Shown piece after piece: positions 1 to 11,489 of a stretch of DNA of 64,000 bases. Within the stretch, counting starts at the first letter, position 1, and each line of letters opens with the position of its first letter. Position numbers and translations under genes: made by a program. The notes beneath the pieces are model-generated. The model saw only the letters and a program-made list of their open reading frames with translations, was not told the origin of the DNA and did not search any database. The DNA is taken from contig OZ024764.1 in the NCBI GenBank assembly GCA_964016885.1, positions 6,324,001-6,388,000 on the forward strand, in the 5' to 3' direction. The DNA is from Eledone cirrhosa. Lineage: Eukaryota.

Positions 1-1513
1 GGTCTGTTTCTCTGTTACCATGTTCAGTCCTTCAACCTAGAGCAATAGATGCTTCCATTGTAGAGAGAGAGAGAGAGACCTCCTCTGACAATGTGTTCTG
101 GTCCTAGTATTTAGCTCAGTTCTGTTTCTCTGTTACCAGGTTCAGTCCTTCAACTTAGGACAATAGAGGTTTTCATTGTAGAGAGAGAGAGAGAGACCTC
201 CTCTGACAATGTGTTCTGGTCCTAGTATTTAGCTCAGTTCTGTTTCTCTGTTACCAGGTTCAGTCCTTCAACCTAGGACAATAGAGGTTTTCATTGTAGA
301 GAGAGAGAGAGACCTCCTCTGACAATGTGTTCTGGTCCTAGTATTTAGCTCAGTTCTGTTTCTCTGTTACCAGGTTCAGTCCTTCAACTTAGGACAATAG
401 AGGTTTTCATTGTAGAGAGAGAGAGAGAGACCTCCTCTGACAATGTGTTCTGGTCCTAGTATTTAGCTCAGTTCTGTTTCTCTGTTACCAGGTTCAGTCC
501 TTCAACCTAGGACAATAGATGCTTCCATTGTAGAGAGAGAGAGAGACCTCCTCTGACAATGTGTTCTGGTCCTAGTATTTAGCTCAGTTCTGTTTCTCTG
601 TTACCAGGTTCAGTCCTTCAACCTAGGACAATAGATGCTTCCATTGTAGAGAGAGAGAGACCTCCTCTGACAATGTGTTCTGGTCCTAGTATTTAGCTCA
701 GTTCTGTTTCTCTGTTACCAGGTTCAGTCCTTCAACTTAGGACAATAGAGGTTTTCATTGTAGAGAGAGAGAGAGACCTCCTCTGACAATGTGTTCTGGT
801 CCTAGTATTTAGCTCAGTTCTGTTTCTCTGTTACCAGGTTCAGTCCTTCAACCTAGAGCAATAGATGCTTCCATTGTAGAGAGAGAGAGAGAGACCTCCT
901 CTGACAATGTGTTCTGGTCCTAGTATTTAGCTCAGTTCTGTTTCTCTGTTACCAGGTTCAGTCCTTCAACCTAGGACAATAGATGCTTCCATTGTAGAGA
1001 GAGAGAGAGAGAGACCTCCTCTGACAATGTGTTCTGGTCCTAGTATTTAGCTCAGTTCTGTTTCTCTGTTACCAGGTTCAGTCCTTCAACCTAGAGCAAT
1101 AGATGCTTCCATTGTAGAGAGAGAGAGAGAGACCTCCTCTGACAATGTGTTCTGGTCCTAGTATTTAGCTCAGTTCTGTTTCTCTGTTACCAGGTTCAGT
1201 CCTTCAACCTAGGACAATAGATGCTTCCATTGTAGAGAGAGAGAGAGAGAGAGACCTCCTCTGACAATGTGTTCTGGTCCTAGTATTTAGCTCAGTTCTG
1301 TTTCTCTGTTACCATGTTCAGTCCTTCAACCTAGGACAATAGATGCTTCCATTGTAGAGAGAGAGAGACCTCCTCTGACAATGTGTTCTGGTCCTAGTAT
1401 TTAGCTCAGTTCTGTTTCTCTGTTGCCAGGTTCAGTCCTTGAACCTAGAACAATAGATGCTTCCATTGTAGAGAGAGAGAGACCTCCTCTGACAATGTGT
1501 TCTGGTCCTAGTA
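1..1513 (-). repeat. Tandem array, ~114-122 bp unit x ~13, amplified from the 3' end of the adjacent R4/Dong-like retroelement
   Basis: Unit (GA)n-CCTCCTCTGACAATGTGTTCTGGTCCTAGTATTTAGCTCAG...CATTGTA repeats 13 times; length varies mainly in the (GA)n tract; last unit is continuous with ORF 1401..1889. Confidence 0.95.
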
Positions 1514-1890
1514 GCCCAATCTTCTGTAACTGATATTCGCTGATCTTGCAGGGAAGGACGCTAAGGTGCTGGTCTGAGGATTTGGCTATTAATCCTAAAG
1601 CTTCTATTACCACGGCGATAGTGTTTGTGGTCATCCTCCATATGTGGTTGATCTCTAATCCAAGTCTTTGTATTTTGACAGTTTTTCCCATTGTTTTTAT
1701 AGATGTATTCTTGTCAGCTGGTACAGAAATATCTATAAGGCTACATGTCTGATCTGTTTTGTATTTTATGATATCTGGTCTGTTGGCAGCAATTTCTTGG
1801 TCGGTTATCACAGGAATATCCCACAAGCTGGATATGTTCCTCTTTTCCATGACTGTTTTTGGTTGATGTTCATACCATTTGGATGTCACA
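1401..1890 (-). mobile_element. Non-LTR retrotransposon fragment, restriction-like endonuclease (REL) C-terminus, R4/Dong-like
   Basis: KWYEHQP..LWD.PV.TD..I.ANRPDII....C.LIDISVP.D.N and ..VVI.ALG....LQK..LLG..HIVR match the RPD..D REL domain of R4/Dong-clade elements; degenerate. Confidence 0.85.
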
Positions 1891-1901
1891 GGAGCATTTG
1901 A

Positions 1902-2090
1902 ATTGGCAGTATCGGTAGAGAGTCGGACGCCATGCTTTCCAGCATAGTTACGTCTCTTTACGGTCTGAGTTCAAATCCCGCCGAGGTTAACTTTGCCCTT
2001 CATCCTTACGGGGTCGATAAAATAAAGTACCAGTAATGTACTGGGTAATTGCTGGCCTTGTGCCAAAAGAAACAATTATTATTATTATTA
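1902..2090 (+). mobile_element. SINE family B copy
   Basis: TGGCAGTATCGG (A-box-like)...GAGTTCAAATCC (B-box)...CCTTCATCCTTACGGGGTCGATAAAAT...(ATT)n tail; recurs about 9 times in window. Confidence 0.85.
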
Positions 2091-2094
2091 TGGG

Positions 2095-2442
2095 AGGCAC
2101 ATGGCTTAGTGGTTAGAGCATTGACCTTGCAATCGAAAGGTTGTGAGTTCAATTCTCAAACTGGGTGATGTGTTGCTTCCTTGAGCAAGACACTTTATTT
2201 CACATTGCTCCAGTTTACTCAGCTGTACAAATGAGATGATAGGGACTGGGGTCCCTATCATTCCACTGTAAAGTGGTCGTGGAGGTGCCACGGCAAAAAG
2301 GCACCCAGCACTCACTGTAAACGTGGTTGGTGTTAGGAAGGGCATCCAGCTGTAGAAATCAAGCCAGAATCAGTTCCCGTCCCACCCTTGCAAGCAGGGA
2401 AAAGTGGACGTAAAATGAAATGATGATGATGATGATGATGAT
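2095..2442 (+). mobile_element. SINE family A copy (tRNA head, CORE-like centre, RTE-LINE tail)
   Basis: TGGCTTAGTGG A box, GAGTTCAATTC B box, CCTTGAGCAAGACACTTTA CORE-like block, 3' end near-identical to the RTE LINE end at 51178-51233, (ATG)n tail. Confidence 0.9.
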
Positions 2443-2712
2443 TATTCTTGGAGTCTCAGTCATTGATGTTATTTAACTGGAAAGTTTGTTCAAGTGAACA
2501 TCAAGCCCCTACCTGCAGCCTCAGACATTCAGGACGTATCAGAGGGTTCTTGCTGTTCCCAGCAAGCATGCCTTTTGAAGTGTTCCAAAAAGCGGGGTTG
2601 GACTAATTTCCTTTAACCATCCTTGGAAACTCCTTGAGGTAGTACCTAGTGCTCCTATGACAATCGGGACCACTCTGACTTCATGGCAGTTCCAAATCCT
2701 TTTTACCTCCCA
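2443..2712 (-). mobile_element. Second R4/Dong-like REL element 3' fragment
   Basis: KWEVKRIWNCHEVRVVPIVIGALGT...LQKACLLGTARTL is a typical R4/Dong C-terminus; starts in an (ATT)n tract. Confidence 0.8.
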
Positions 2713-2749
<37 letters not shown>

Positions 2750-2754
2750 GGTCG

Positions 2755-2982
2755 GTGGATTGGCAGTATCGGTAGAGGGTCGGACACCATGCTTTGCAGC
2801 ATAGAGTTACGGCCCTTTATGATGTGAGTTCAAATCTCGCCGAGGTTAACCTTGCCTTTCATCCTTATGGGGTCGATAAAATAAAGTACCAGTCACGAAC
2901 TGGGGTCGATTCAATTGACTTTCCCCTCCCCCAAAATTGCTGGCCTTGTTTGTGCCTATATATAAAACCATTATTATTATTT
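2755..2982 (+). mobile_element. SINE family B copy (longer 3' variant)
   Basis: Homologous to 1902-2090 with extra GGGGTCGATTCAATTGACTTTCCCCTCCCCCAAAA segment. Confidence 0.8.
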
Positions 2983-3074
2983 TTATTGCACATCATTACT
3001 GCTTTACCGAGCACAGCTCTGTGCCTTGGCTATGTGGAGTGTAGTTTATGTTGATGATGTTTCTATTGTATTGA

Positions 3075-6000
3075 TATATATACAGTACCTAGTAGTGCTA
3101 TCTTCTGTATGTTGTATATATTTGTAAGTCCTGTGGTACTCTATATAATGTATATACAGTACCTAGTAGTGCTATCTTCTGTATGTTGTATATATTTGTA
3201 AGTCCTGTGGTACTCTATATAATATATATACAGTACCTAGTAGTGCTATCTTCTGTATGTTGTATATATTTGTAAGTCCTGTGGTACTCTATATAATGTA
3301 TATACAGTACCTAGTAGTGCTATCTTCTGTATGTTGTATATATTTGTAAGTCCTGTGGTACTCTATATAATATATATACAGTACCTAGTAGTGCTATCTT
3401 CTGTATGTTGTATATATTTGTAAGTCCTATGGTACTCTATATAATATATATACAGTACCTAGTAGAGCTATCTTCTGTATGTTGTATATATTTGTAAGTC
3501 CTGTGGTACTCTATATAATATATATACAGTACCTAGTAGTGCTATCTTTTGTATGTTGTATATATTTGTAAGTCCTGTGGTACTCTATATAATATATATA
3601 CAGTACCTAGTAGTGCTATCTTCTGTATGTTGTATATATTTGTAAGTCCTGTGGTACTCTATATAATATATATACAGTACCTAGTAGTACTATCTTCTGT
3701 ATGTTGTATATATTTGTAAGTCCTGTGGTACTCTATATAATATATATACAGTACCTAGTAGTGCTATCTTTAGTATGTTATATATATTTGTAAGTCCTGT
3801 GGTACTCTATATAATATATATACAGTACCTAGTAGTGCTATCTTCTGTATGTTGTATATATTTGTAAGTCCTGTGGTACTCTATATAATATATATACAGT
3901 ACCTAGTAGAGCTATCTTTTGTATGTTGTATATATTTGTAAGTCCTGTGGTACTCTATATAATATATATACAGTACCTAGTAGTGCTATCTTCTGTATGT
4001 TATATATATTTGTAAGTCCTGTGGTACTCTATATAATATATATACAGTACCTAGTAGAGCTATCTTTTGTATGTTGTATATATTTGTAAGTCCTGTGGTA
4101 CTCTATATAATATATATACAGTACCTAGTAGTGCTATCTTCTGTATGTTATATATATTTGTAAGTCCTGTGGTACTCTATATAATATATATACAGTACCT
4201 AGTAGTGCTATCTTTTGTATGTTGTATATATTTGTAAGTCCTGTGGTACTCTATATAATATATATACAGTACCTAGTAGTGCTATCTTCTGTATGTTGTA
4301 TATATTTGTAAGTCCTGTGGTACTCTATATAATATATATACAGTACCTAGTAGAGCTATCTTTTGTATGGTGTATATATTTGTAAGTCCTGTGGTACTCT
4401 ATATAATATATATACAGTACCTAGTAGTGCTATCTTTAGTATGTTATATATATTTGTAAGTCCTGTGCTACTCTATATAATATATATACAGTACCTAGTA
4501 GTGCTATCTTTAGTATGTTATATATATTTGTAAGTCCTGTGGTACTCTATATAATATATACACAGTACCTAGTAGTGCTATCTTCTGTATGTTGTATATA
4601 TTTGTAAGTCCTGTGGTACTCTATATAATATATATACAGTACCTAGTAGTGCTATCTTCTGTATGTTGTATATATTTGTAAGTCCTGTGGTACTCTATAT
4701 AATATATATACAGTACCTAGTAGTGCTATCTTCTGTATGTTGTATATATTTGTAAGTCCTGTGGTACTCTAGATAATATATATACAGTACCTAGTAGTGC
4801 TATCTTTAGTATGTTATATATATTTGTAAGTCCTGTGGTACTCTATATAATATATATACAGTACCTGGTACTGCTATCTTTAGTATGTTGTATATATTTG
4901 TAAGTCCTGTGGTACTCTATATAATATATACACAGTACCTAGTAGTGCTATCTTTAGTATGTTATATATATTTGTAAGTCCTGTGGTACTCTATATAATA
5001 TATATACAGTACCTAGTAGTGCTATCTTCTGTATGTTGTATATATTTGTAAGTCCTGTGGTACTCTATATAATATATATACAGTACCTAGTAGTGCTATC
5101 TTTAGTATGTTATATATATTTGTAAGTCCTGTGGTACTCTATATAATATATATACAGTACCTAGTAGTGCTATCTTTAGTATGTTATATATATTTGTAAG
5201 TCCTGTGGTACTCTATATAATATATATACAGTACCTAGTAGTGCTATCTTCTGTATGTTGTATATATTTGTAAGTCCTGTGGTACTCTATATAATATATA
5301 TACAGTACCTAGTAGTGCTATCTTTAGTATGTTATATATATTTGTAAGTCCTGTGGTACTCTATATAATATATATACAGTACCTAGTAGTGCTATCTTCT
5401 GTATGTTGTATATATTTGTAAGTCCTGTGGTACTCTATATAATATATATACAGTACCTAGTAGTGCTATCTTTAGTATGTTATATATATTTGTAAGTCCT
5501 GTGGTACTCTATATAATATATATACAGTACCTAGTAGTGCTATCTTCTGTATGTTGTATATATTTGTAAGTCCTGTGGTACTCTATATAATATATATACA
5601 GTACCTAGTAGTGCTATCTTTAGTATGTTATATATATTTGTAAGTCCTGTGGTACTCTATATAATATATATACAGTACCTAGTAGTACTATCTTTTGTAT
5701 GTTGTATATATTTGTAAGTCCTGTGGTACTCTATATAATATATATACAGTACCTAGTAGTGCTATCTTTAGTATGTTATATATATTTGTAAGTCCTGTGG
5801 TACTCTATATAATGTATATACAGTACCTAGTAGTGCTATCTTCTGTATGTTGTATATATTTGTAAGTCCTGTGGTACTCTATATAATATATATACAGTAC
5901 CTAGTAGTGCTATCTTCTGTATGTTATATATATTTGTAAGTCCTGTGGTACTCTATATAATATATATACAGTACCTAGTAGTGCTATCTTCTGTATGTTA

Positions 6001-6610
6001 TATATATTTGTAAGTCCTGTGGTACTCTATATAATATATATACAGTACCTAGTAGTGCTATCTTCTGTATGTTATATATATTTGTAAGTCCTGTGGTACT
6101 CTATATAATATATATACAGTACCTAGTAGTGCTATCTTCTGTATGTTATATATATTTGTAAGTCCTGTGGTACTCTATATAATATATATACAGTACCTAG
6201 TAGTGCTATCTTCTGTATGTTATATATATTTGTAAGTCCTGTGGTACCCTATATAATATATATACAGTACCTAGTAGTGCTATCTTCTGTATGTTGTATA
6301 TATTTGTAAGTCCTGTGGTACTCTATATAATATATATACAGTACCTAGTAGTGCTATCTTTTGTATGTTGTATATATTTGTAAGTCCTGTGGTACTCTAT
6401 ATAATATATATACAGTACCTAGTAGTGCTATCTTCTGTATGTTGTATATATTTGTAAGTCCTGTGGTACTCTATATAATATATATACAGTACCTAGTAGT
6501 GCTATCTTTTGTATGTTGTATATATTTGTAAGTCCTGTGGTACTCTATATAATATATATACAGTACCTAGTAGTGCTATCTTCTGTATGTTGTATATATA
6601 TGTAAGTCCT
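3075..6610. repeat. 74-bp minisatellite, ~48 copies
   Basis: Unit TATATATACAGTACCTAGTAGTGCTATCTTCTGTATGTTGTATATATTTGTAAGTCCTGTGGTACTCTATATAA; period 74 (3081, 3155, 3229...). Confidence 0.97.
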
Positions 6611-6673
6611 GGGGTTTAGGCTATGTATTTGTCTGTGTCTTTACCATTTCTAGAGCACCTATTATTATAGGTA

Positions 6674-7171
6674 CTAGCAGAAAAACCACCTTTCGGGTGG
6701 TTTTCTGCTAGTACGTGTAGTGTGTATATTGATATTATACATAAGTATACATACATGTAGATATGATACGTCAAATAAGATCATAATTGACAATATACAC
6801 AGAAATTGAAGAGAGACTGAATTGAAGCGTTACACTGTCTTATGTAATCAGTAAAGTAATCCATGACACATTAAAAAAAGACGACATTATATATAAACTG
6901 CATTAGGAGAAAATTAGTGACGGAAATATATGAATGTTTATTTAAACGATCGCTAACCGGAAGTGTTGACATTTGAAAATTTTAAAGACGTGAATCTTAA
7001 AATAAACAACAAGATTATTTATATTTAATCAAGAATAACGAAATTTAGCACATAAATTATGTAATATTCATTCACTCTTTATTCAAAGTAATCCGACTTA
7101 TTTTACAAACGGGATTAAAAAAAATATATTCTGGACGCAGTCCCGCAGACCTTACTTTATTATAGTTTAGA
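6674..7171 (-). mobile_element. Probable non-autonomous Helitron (~500 bp)
   Basis: Minus strand begins A|TCTAAACTATAATAAAG and ends with hairpin ACCACC-CGAAA-GGTGGT followed by TTTTCTG-CTAG|T; AT target, no TSD seen. Confidence 0.5.
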
Positions 7172-7378
7172 TGGTTTCTGTTTTCATTTTCATTTTCCAC
7201 ATTTGAGTTATTTCTATCTCTAGATCTTTATATTTGGTGAGTTTCTCTATTTCATTGAAAGATATATTGTCATCTGTGCACTTTTTTCTTTGTCGTCTTT
7301 AACTATAACTTCAGGTCAGTTGGCCTTGTTATCTCTGTATTATTATGTCACACTCACACTCCGTTCTTCTCCCCCCAG

Positions 7379-7505
7379 GAGACAAGAGAAGCCGTTGGGC
7401 CTCTACTGCGGAGCTTCCAAGCTGAAGTCGATGCACTATCTAAGAGAAGCAAGGCAGCAGAGGCAGCCTTCTTATCTGTTTACAAGAAACTTATTGATAT
7501 GCCAG
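7379..7505 (+). CDS. CUX1: Internal coding exon of CUX1/CASP (cut-like homeobox / Golgi CASP shared N-terminal coiled coil)
   Basis: Acceptor ttcttctccccccag, donor CAG|gtaagt; 127 bp, phase 0 to 1; translates [42 protein letters not shown](D), recognisably the CUX1/CASP N-terminal motif ([31 protein letters not shown]). Confidence 0.93.
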
Positions 7506-7509
7506 GTAA

Positions 7510-7675
7510 GTGAGACCCCTTCGTTAATTTATGTTCCAGGTGAAACCACCTTGTTAATTTATATTCCCGGTGAGACCACCTTGTTAATTTATATTCCAGG
7601 TGAGACCACCTTGTTAATTTATATTCCAGGTGAGACCACCTTGTTAATTTATATTCCAGGTGAGACCCCTTCATT
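7510..7675 (+). repeat. 30-bp tandem repeat (~5.5 copies) immediately after the exon donor
   Basis: Unit CCAGGTGAGACCACCTTGTTAATTTATATT; GT at 7540, 7570, 7600, 7630, 7660. Confidence 0.9.
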
Positions 7676-8029
7676 AGACCCTTCCTCTGACTCACCCTTA
7701 TCTTACAAGGAACTTATTGATAAGCCATATAAAGTCATCTCGTTAAACCCTTCCACTTCGTTCAAAAACCTTTTTTAAGTTATGTTCCAAGAACCTTTTG
7801 TTATGTTCCGAGAACCTTTGATAAGTTATGTTTCAAGGACCTTTGTTAAGTTATGTTCCAAAAGCACCAGATAATATCCCTTCAAAATTATTTGCAAACC
7901 ATAGGGGACAGAGTCTTTCATATACAAGGATTTCGTAATATAACTTTCTGCTGGAACATAACTTAACAAAGGTTCTAACATAAAACTGTTAGGGAAGTTT
8001 CTATATAAATATAAACACTTTAATAGGCA

Positions 8030-8160
8030 GCAAATTGACTGAGTTGTTAAAACATCAGTTGGAATGCTTTCTGGTATTTTGGCTCTCTGCTGAGGTCAAC
8101 TTTACCTTTCATTATTTTGAGGTTGATAAAAAGTGTACCAGTCAAGTATTGGGGTTGATT
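8030..8160 (+). mobile_element. Degenerate SINE family B copy
   Basis: GCTGAGGTCAACTTTACCTTTCAT...GATAAA...GTACCAGTCAAGTATTGGGG similar to family B. Confidence 0.55.
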
Positions 8161-8220
8161 CTTCCTCTATATCTCTTTCACATTTCCATTCTCTCCCTCT
8201 CTATCTCTCCATATATATAT

Positions 8221-9359
8221 CATCATCATCATCATCATTTTACATCCGCTCTTCCCTGCTTGCAAGGGTGGGACGGGTCTTATTCAGCACAGCATCTCTC
8301 CACTCGTCATGGTCCTTCGTCATCTCCACTGTGAGCTTCAGCGATCTGAGGTCTGTTCTCACCACCTCCGCCCATGTTTTTCGTGGTCTACCTCTACCAC
8401 ATCTTCCTTCAACTGGCATTTCCTGGCACTTCTTCACCCATCGGTCATCCTCCATGTACATCACATGTCCATACCGCCTCAGTCTCCTCTCCCGTACACT
8501 ACATTCTATCCCTCTCAGACACAGTTTCTCTCTCAATACATCACATGTCCATACCACCTCAGTCTCCTCTCCCGTACACTACATTCTATCCCTCTCAGAC
8601 ACAGTTTCTCTCTCAATACATCACATGTCCATACCACCTCAGTCTCCTCTCCCGTACACTACATTCTATCCCTCTCAGACACAGTTTCTCTCTCAACACA
8701 TCACATGTCCATACCACCTCAGTCTCCTCTCCCATACACTACATTCTATCCCTCTCAGACACAGTTTCTCTCTCAATACATCACATGTCCATACCACCTC
8801 AGTCTCCTCTCCCGTACACTACATTCTATCCCTCTCAGACACAGTTTCTCTCTCAATACATCACATGTCCATACCACCTCAGTCTCCTCTCCCGTACACT
8901 ACATTCTATCCCTCTCAGACACAGTTTCTCTCTCAATACATCACATGTCCATACCACCTCAGTCTCCTCTCCCGTACACTACATTCTATCCCTCTCAGAC
9001 ACAGTTTCTCTCTCAATACATCACATGTCCATACCACCTCAGTCTCCTCTCCCGTACACTACATTCTATCCCTCTCAGACACAGTTTCTCTCTCAATACA
9101 TCACATGTCCATACCTCCTCAGTCTCCTCTCCCGTACACTACATTCTATCCCTCTCAGACACAGTTTCTCTCTCAACACATCCATGCTGGGTCGTTCACG
9201 CACATTTACACTGCACATCCAACGGAGCATGCTTGCCTCATTTCTCTCCAGCTGTTGCATATCCTCTTCAGTTGCTGCCCATGTCTCACTACCATGCAGC
9301 ATCGCGCTCCTCACACAGGCATCATATAACCGCCCTTTCGTACGCAGGGAGAAACCCTT

Positions 9360-9362
<3 letters not shown>
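8221..9362 (-). mobile_element. RTE-clade LINE (family A) 3' fragment with internal tandem amplification
   Basis: KGRLYDACVRSAMLHGSETW...EASMLRWMC...RRLR.YGHV...RGRPRKTW.EVV; (ATG)n tail at 8221-8237. Confidence 0.92.
8459..9181. repeat. 80-bp tandem repeat (~9 copies) made from LINE ORF segment
   Basis: Unit CATCACATGTCCATACCACCTCAGTCTCCTCTCCCGTACACTACATTCTATCCCTCTCAGACACAGTTTCTCTCTCAATA; single-copy state seen at 50913-50997. Confidence 0.95.
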
Positions 9363-9399
<37 letters not shown>

Positions 9400-9400
<1 letters not shown>

Positions 9401-9625
9401 TTATGTAATAAACAACATAAGACAATTATTCCATTTACCAGAGGTTTCATGAAGACAGATGAGCTCAACAGATTTCAGGCGTCTCTGTTCAGCACATCTG
9501 ACTTCGTGAAATCTCTGGTAAATGGAATAATTGTCTTATGTTGTTTATTACATAATTAAATAGCTCCTTAGTTTACATAGAGCACTCTCTTTTCTTTTAC
9601 CCTTCCTACGGAAATACTTCATTTA
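9400..9625 (+). mobile_element. Fold-back Penelope-like terminal-repeat remnant (3' half of hammerhead only)
   Basis: Inverted arms 9401-9449/9507-9556; GAAA-TCTCTGG-TA and tail similar to 17087-17210; flanked by (TA)n. Confidence 0.6.
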
Positions 9626-9635
9626 TATCTATATA

Positions 9636-10006
9636 TGGCTTAGTGGTTAGAGCATTGGGCTTGCAATCGAAAGGTTGTGAGTTCAATTCTCAGACCGGGT
9701 AATGTGTTGTTTCCTTGAGCAAGACACTGCTTTATTTCACACTGCTCCAGTTTACTCTGCTGTAGAAATGAGATGATAGGGACTGGGGTCCCTATCATTC
9801 CACTGTAAAGTGGTCGTGGAGGTGCCACGGCAAAAAAAGCACCCAGCACTCACTGTAAATGAGGTTGGTGTTAGGGAGGGCATCCAGCTGTAGAAATCAA
9901 GCCAGAATCAGTTCCCATATCAGCCGACCGGACACTGCCTACAACAGGACAACCCGTCTAACCCATGCTAGCGTGGAAGAACGGAGGTAAAATGTTGATG
10001 ATGATG
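9636..10006 (+). mobile_element. SINE family A copy with alternative (family-B LINE) tail
   Basis: Same head/body as 2095-2442 but ends ...ACAACCCGTCTAACCCATGCTAGCGTGGAAGAACGG, as in the LINE at 10416-10898. Confidence 0.85.
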
Positions 10007-10415
10007 ATATATATATATATAGAAAGTAGCAGTCAAGTACTGGGCTCGATTCTTCCTTTATATTTCTTTCTAATTTCCATTCTCACACTCTCTATCCTTC
10101 TCTGGAAGAAATCTGCTGTACTCAGACCCGGAGAGAGATGTGCGCCACCAAGTTTTTTTTAAATGCCCTAGATATGCTGTATGTCAATATGGCACCACTA
10201 CGACTTTCCCAGGAGTTACCGGATCATACATGCATGGAAACACTTTAATACAAACAAACAATCTTGTATCATAGAACCAGGGGTGGTTTTTCAGGCAGTT
10301 TGGTAGCAAAAGGTTTCGGAAATATACTGGAAACCAGGATAAGTACCAAGTGCCTGATGAACCTTCGGATTCAAGACAAACTTTAACTTTTAACTCACAC
10401 ACACATATATATATA

Positions 10416-10898
10416 TCATCATCATCATCACCGTTTTACGTCCGTTCTTCCACGCTAGCATGGGTTAGACGGGTTGTCCTGTTGTGGGCAGTGTCTGGTC
10501 GGCTGACCATGCCTTGCTCATACAGGATCTGATTCTGGCTTGATTTCTACAGCTGGATGCCCTTCCTAACACCAACCTCATTTACAGTGAGTGCTGGGTG
10601 CTTTTTCGTGGCGCCTACACGTCCACTTTACAGTGTGGGCTGGGTGCTTTTTTGCCATGGCACCTCCACGACCACCTTGCAGTGGGGGATGTGGGGGCAT
10701 ATTGTCTATATGCTTCAGCTTGTACCCATGGGAGGTCGGGTACTCTGTATTACTGCGTGACGCCAGAGGTCACGGTCGTGTGTCATCACCTTTGAGAGGT
10801 GTAATTGGATAAGGTCGGCTTTTATCACCTCATCCCAGGTCATCTTGGGTCTCGCCACACCGCGGTTTCCATCGACTTCTAGTGCTCTGCACCTTTTT
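10416..10898 (-). mobile_element. RTE-clade LINE (family B) 3' end with 3' UTR
   Basis: KRCRALEVDGNRGVARPKMTWDEVIKADL...DRDLWRHAV..., UTR shared with SINE A body, (GAT)n tail. Confidence 0.85.
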
Positions 10899-10912
10899 AT
10901 ATATATATATAT

Positions 10913-11117
10913 ATAACGAAGGAAATGTGGTAAGGAACCAGGTGGACCATAACGCACCAAAGTACTCAATACTTAGTATAGTAGAGTGGGTAATAGGAAT
11001 GAGTAGGACCCCGACGGCTGAGCTCAAGCCGTTTCGACGGCTAATTCTGGACTAGAATTTTAGTCCAGAATTAGCCGTCGAAACGGCTTGAGCTCAGCCG
11101 TTGGGGTCCTACTCGTT

Positions 11118-11120
<3 letters not shown>
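10913..11120 (-). mobile_element. Fold-back element family P1 (Penelope-like terminal repeat remnant)
   Basis: ~140-bp body plus inverted 60-bp copy around an 8-nt loop; contains GAAA-CGGC-TTGAGCTCA-GCCG-TC; (TA)n on both sides; about 10 copies in window. Confidence 0.75.
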
Positions 11121-11159
<39 letters not shown>

Positions 11160-11163
<4 letters not shown>

Positions 11164-11430
11164 ATTAAATAAATGGAAAACTATATTTATAAAACCATAT
11201 TTATTTCATTATATATATTTCGGGGATATCATATTAACAATATGCTATGCCTTCATCAGACAAAATACAATATAAACAGTTTTATAGATAAATAGATTCG
11301 ACATACCGTAATAACACCGACTTCATTTATTTAATATTGTAAATATACTCCAAATATTTGTCGAGTGCTTTTATATCAGTTATAAATATTTACTAGTTGT
11401 AACCCAACAATTTTAAATATAACTTTACAT
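11160..11430. mobile_element. Fold-back element family P2 (Penelope-like)
   Basis: Homologous to 46217-46630; inverted CAATATTAAATAAATG / CATTTATTTAATATTG; in (TA)n. Confidence 0.7.
11202..11267 (-). ncRNA. Minimal type-I hammerhead ribozyme motif
   Basis: TATTTTGT CTGATGA [AGGCATAGCATATT-GTT-AATATGATATCCCC] GAAA TATATA TA ATGAAATA; 8-bp helix I with two G-U pairs. Confidence 0.65.
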
Positions 11431-11489
11431 ATATATATATATATATATATATATAGTGTAGGGAAATATATATAATTTAATTTTGTAAT

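Noticed and set aside
2095-2170. tRNA gene
   Set aside because: A/B boxes present but no proper acceptor stem; continues into SINE body in every copy
6671-6714. Rho-independent terminator
   Set aside because: Eukaryotic DNA; better explained as a Helitron-type terminal hairpin
7290-7778. 162-aa ORF overlapping the CUX1 exon
   Set aside because: Wrong frame; the conserved peptide is in another frame bounded by splice sites
10354-10400. Isolated CUGAUGA/CUGACGA cores (also minus strand ~50020, ~50590, ~52040)
   Set aside because: No matching GAAA/helix III/helix I; at most truncated remnants, not counted as ribozymes
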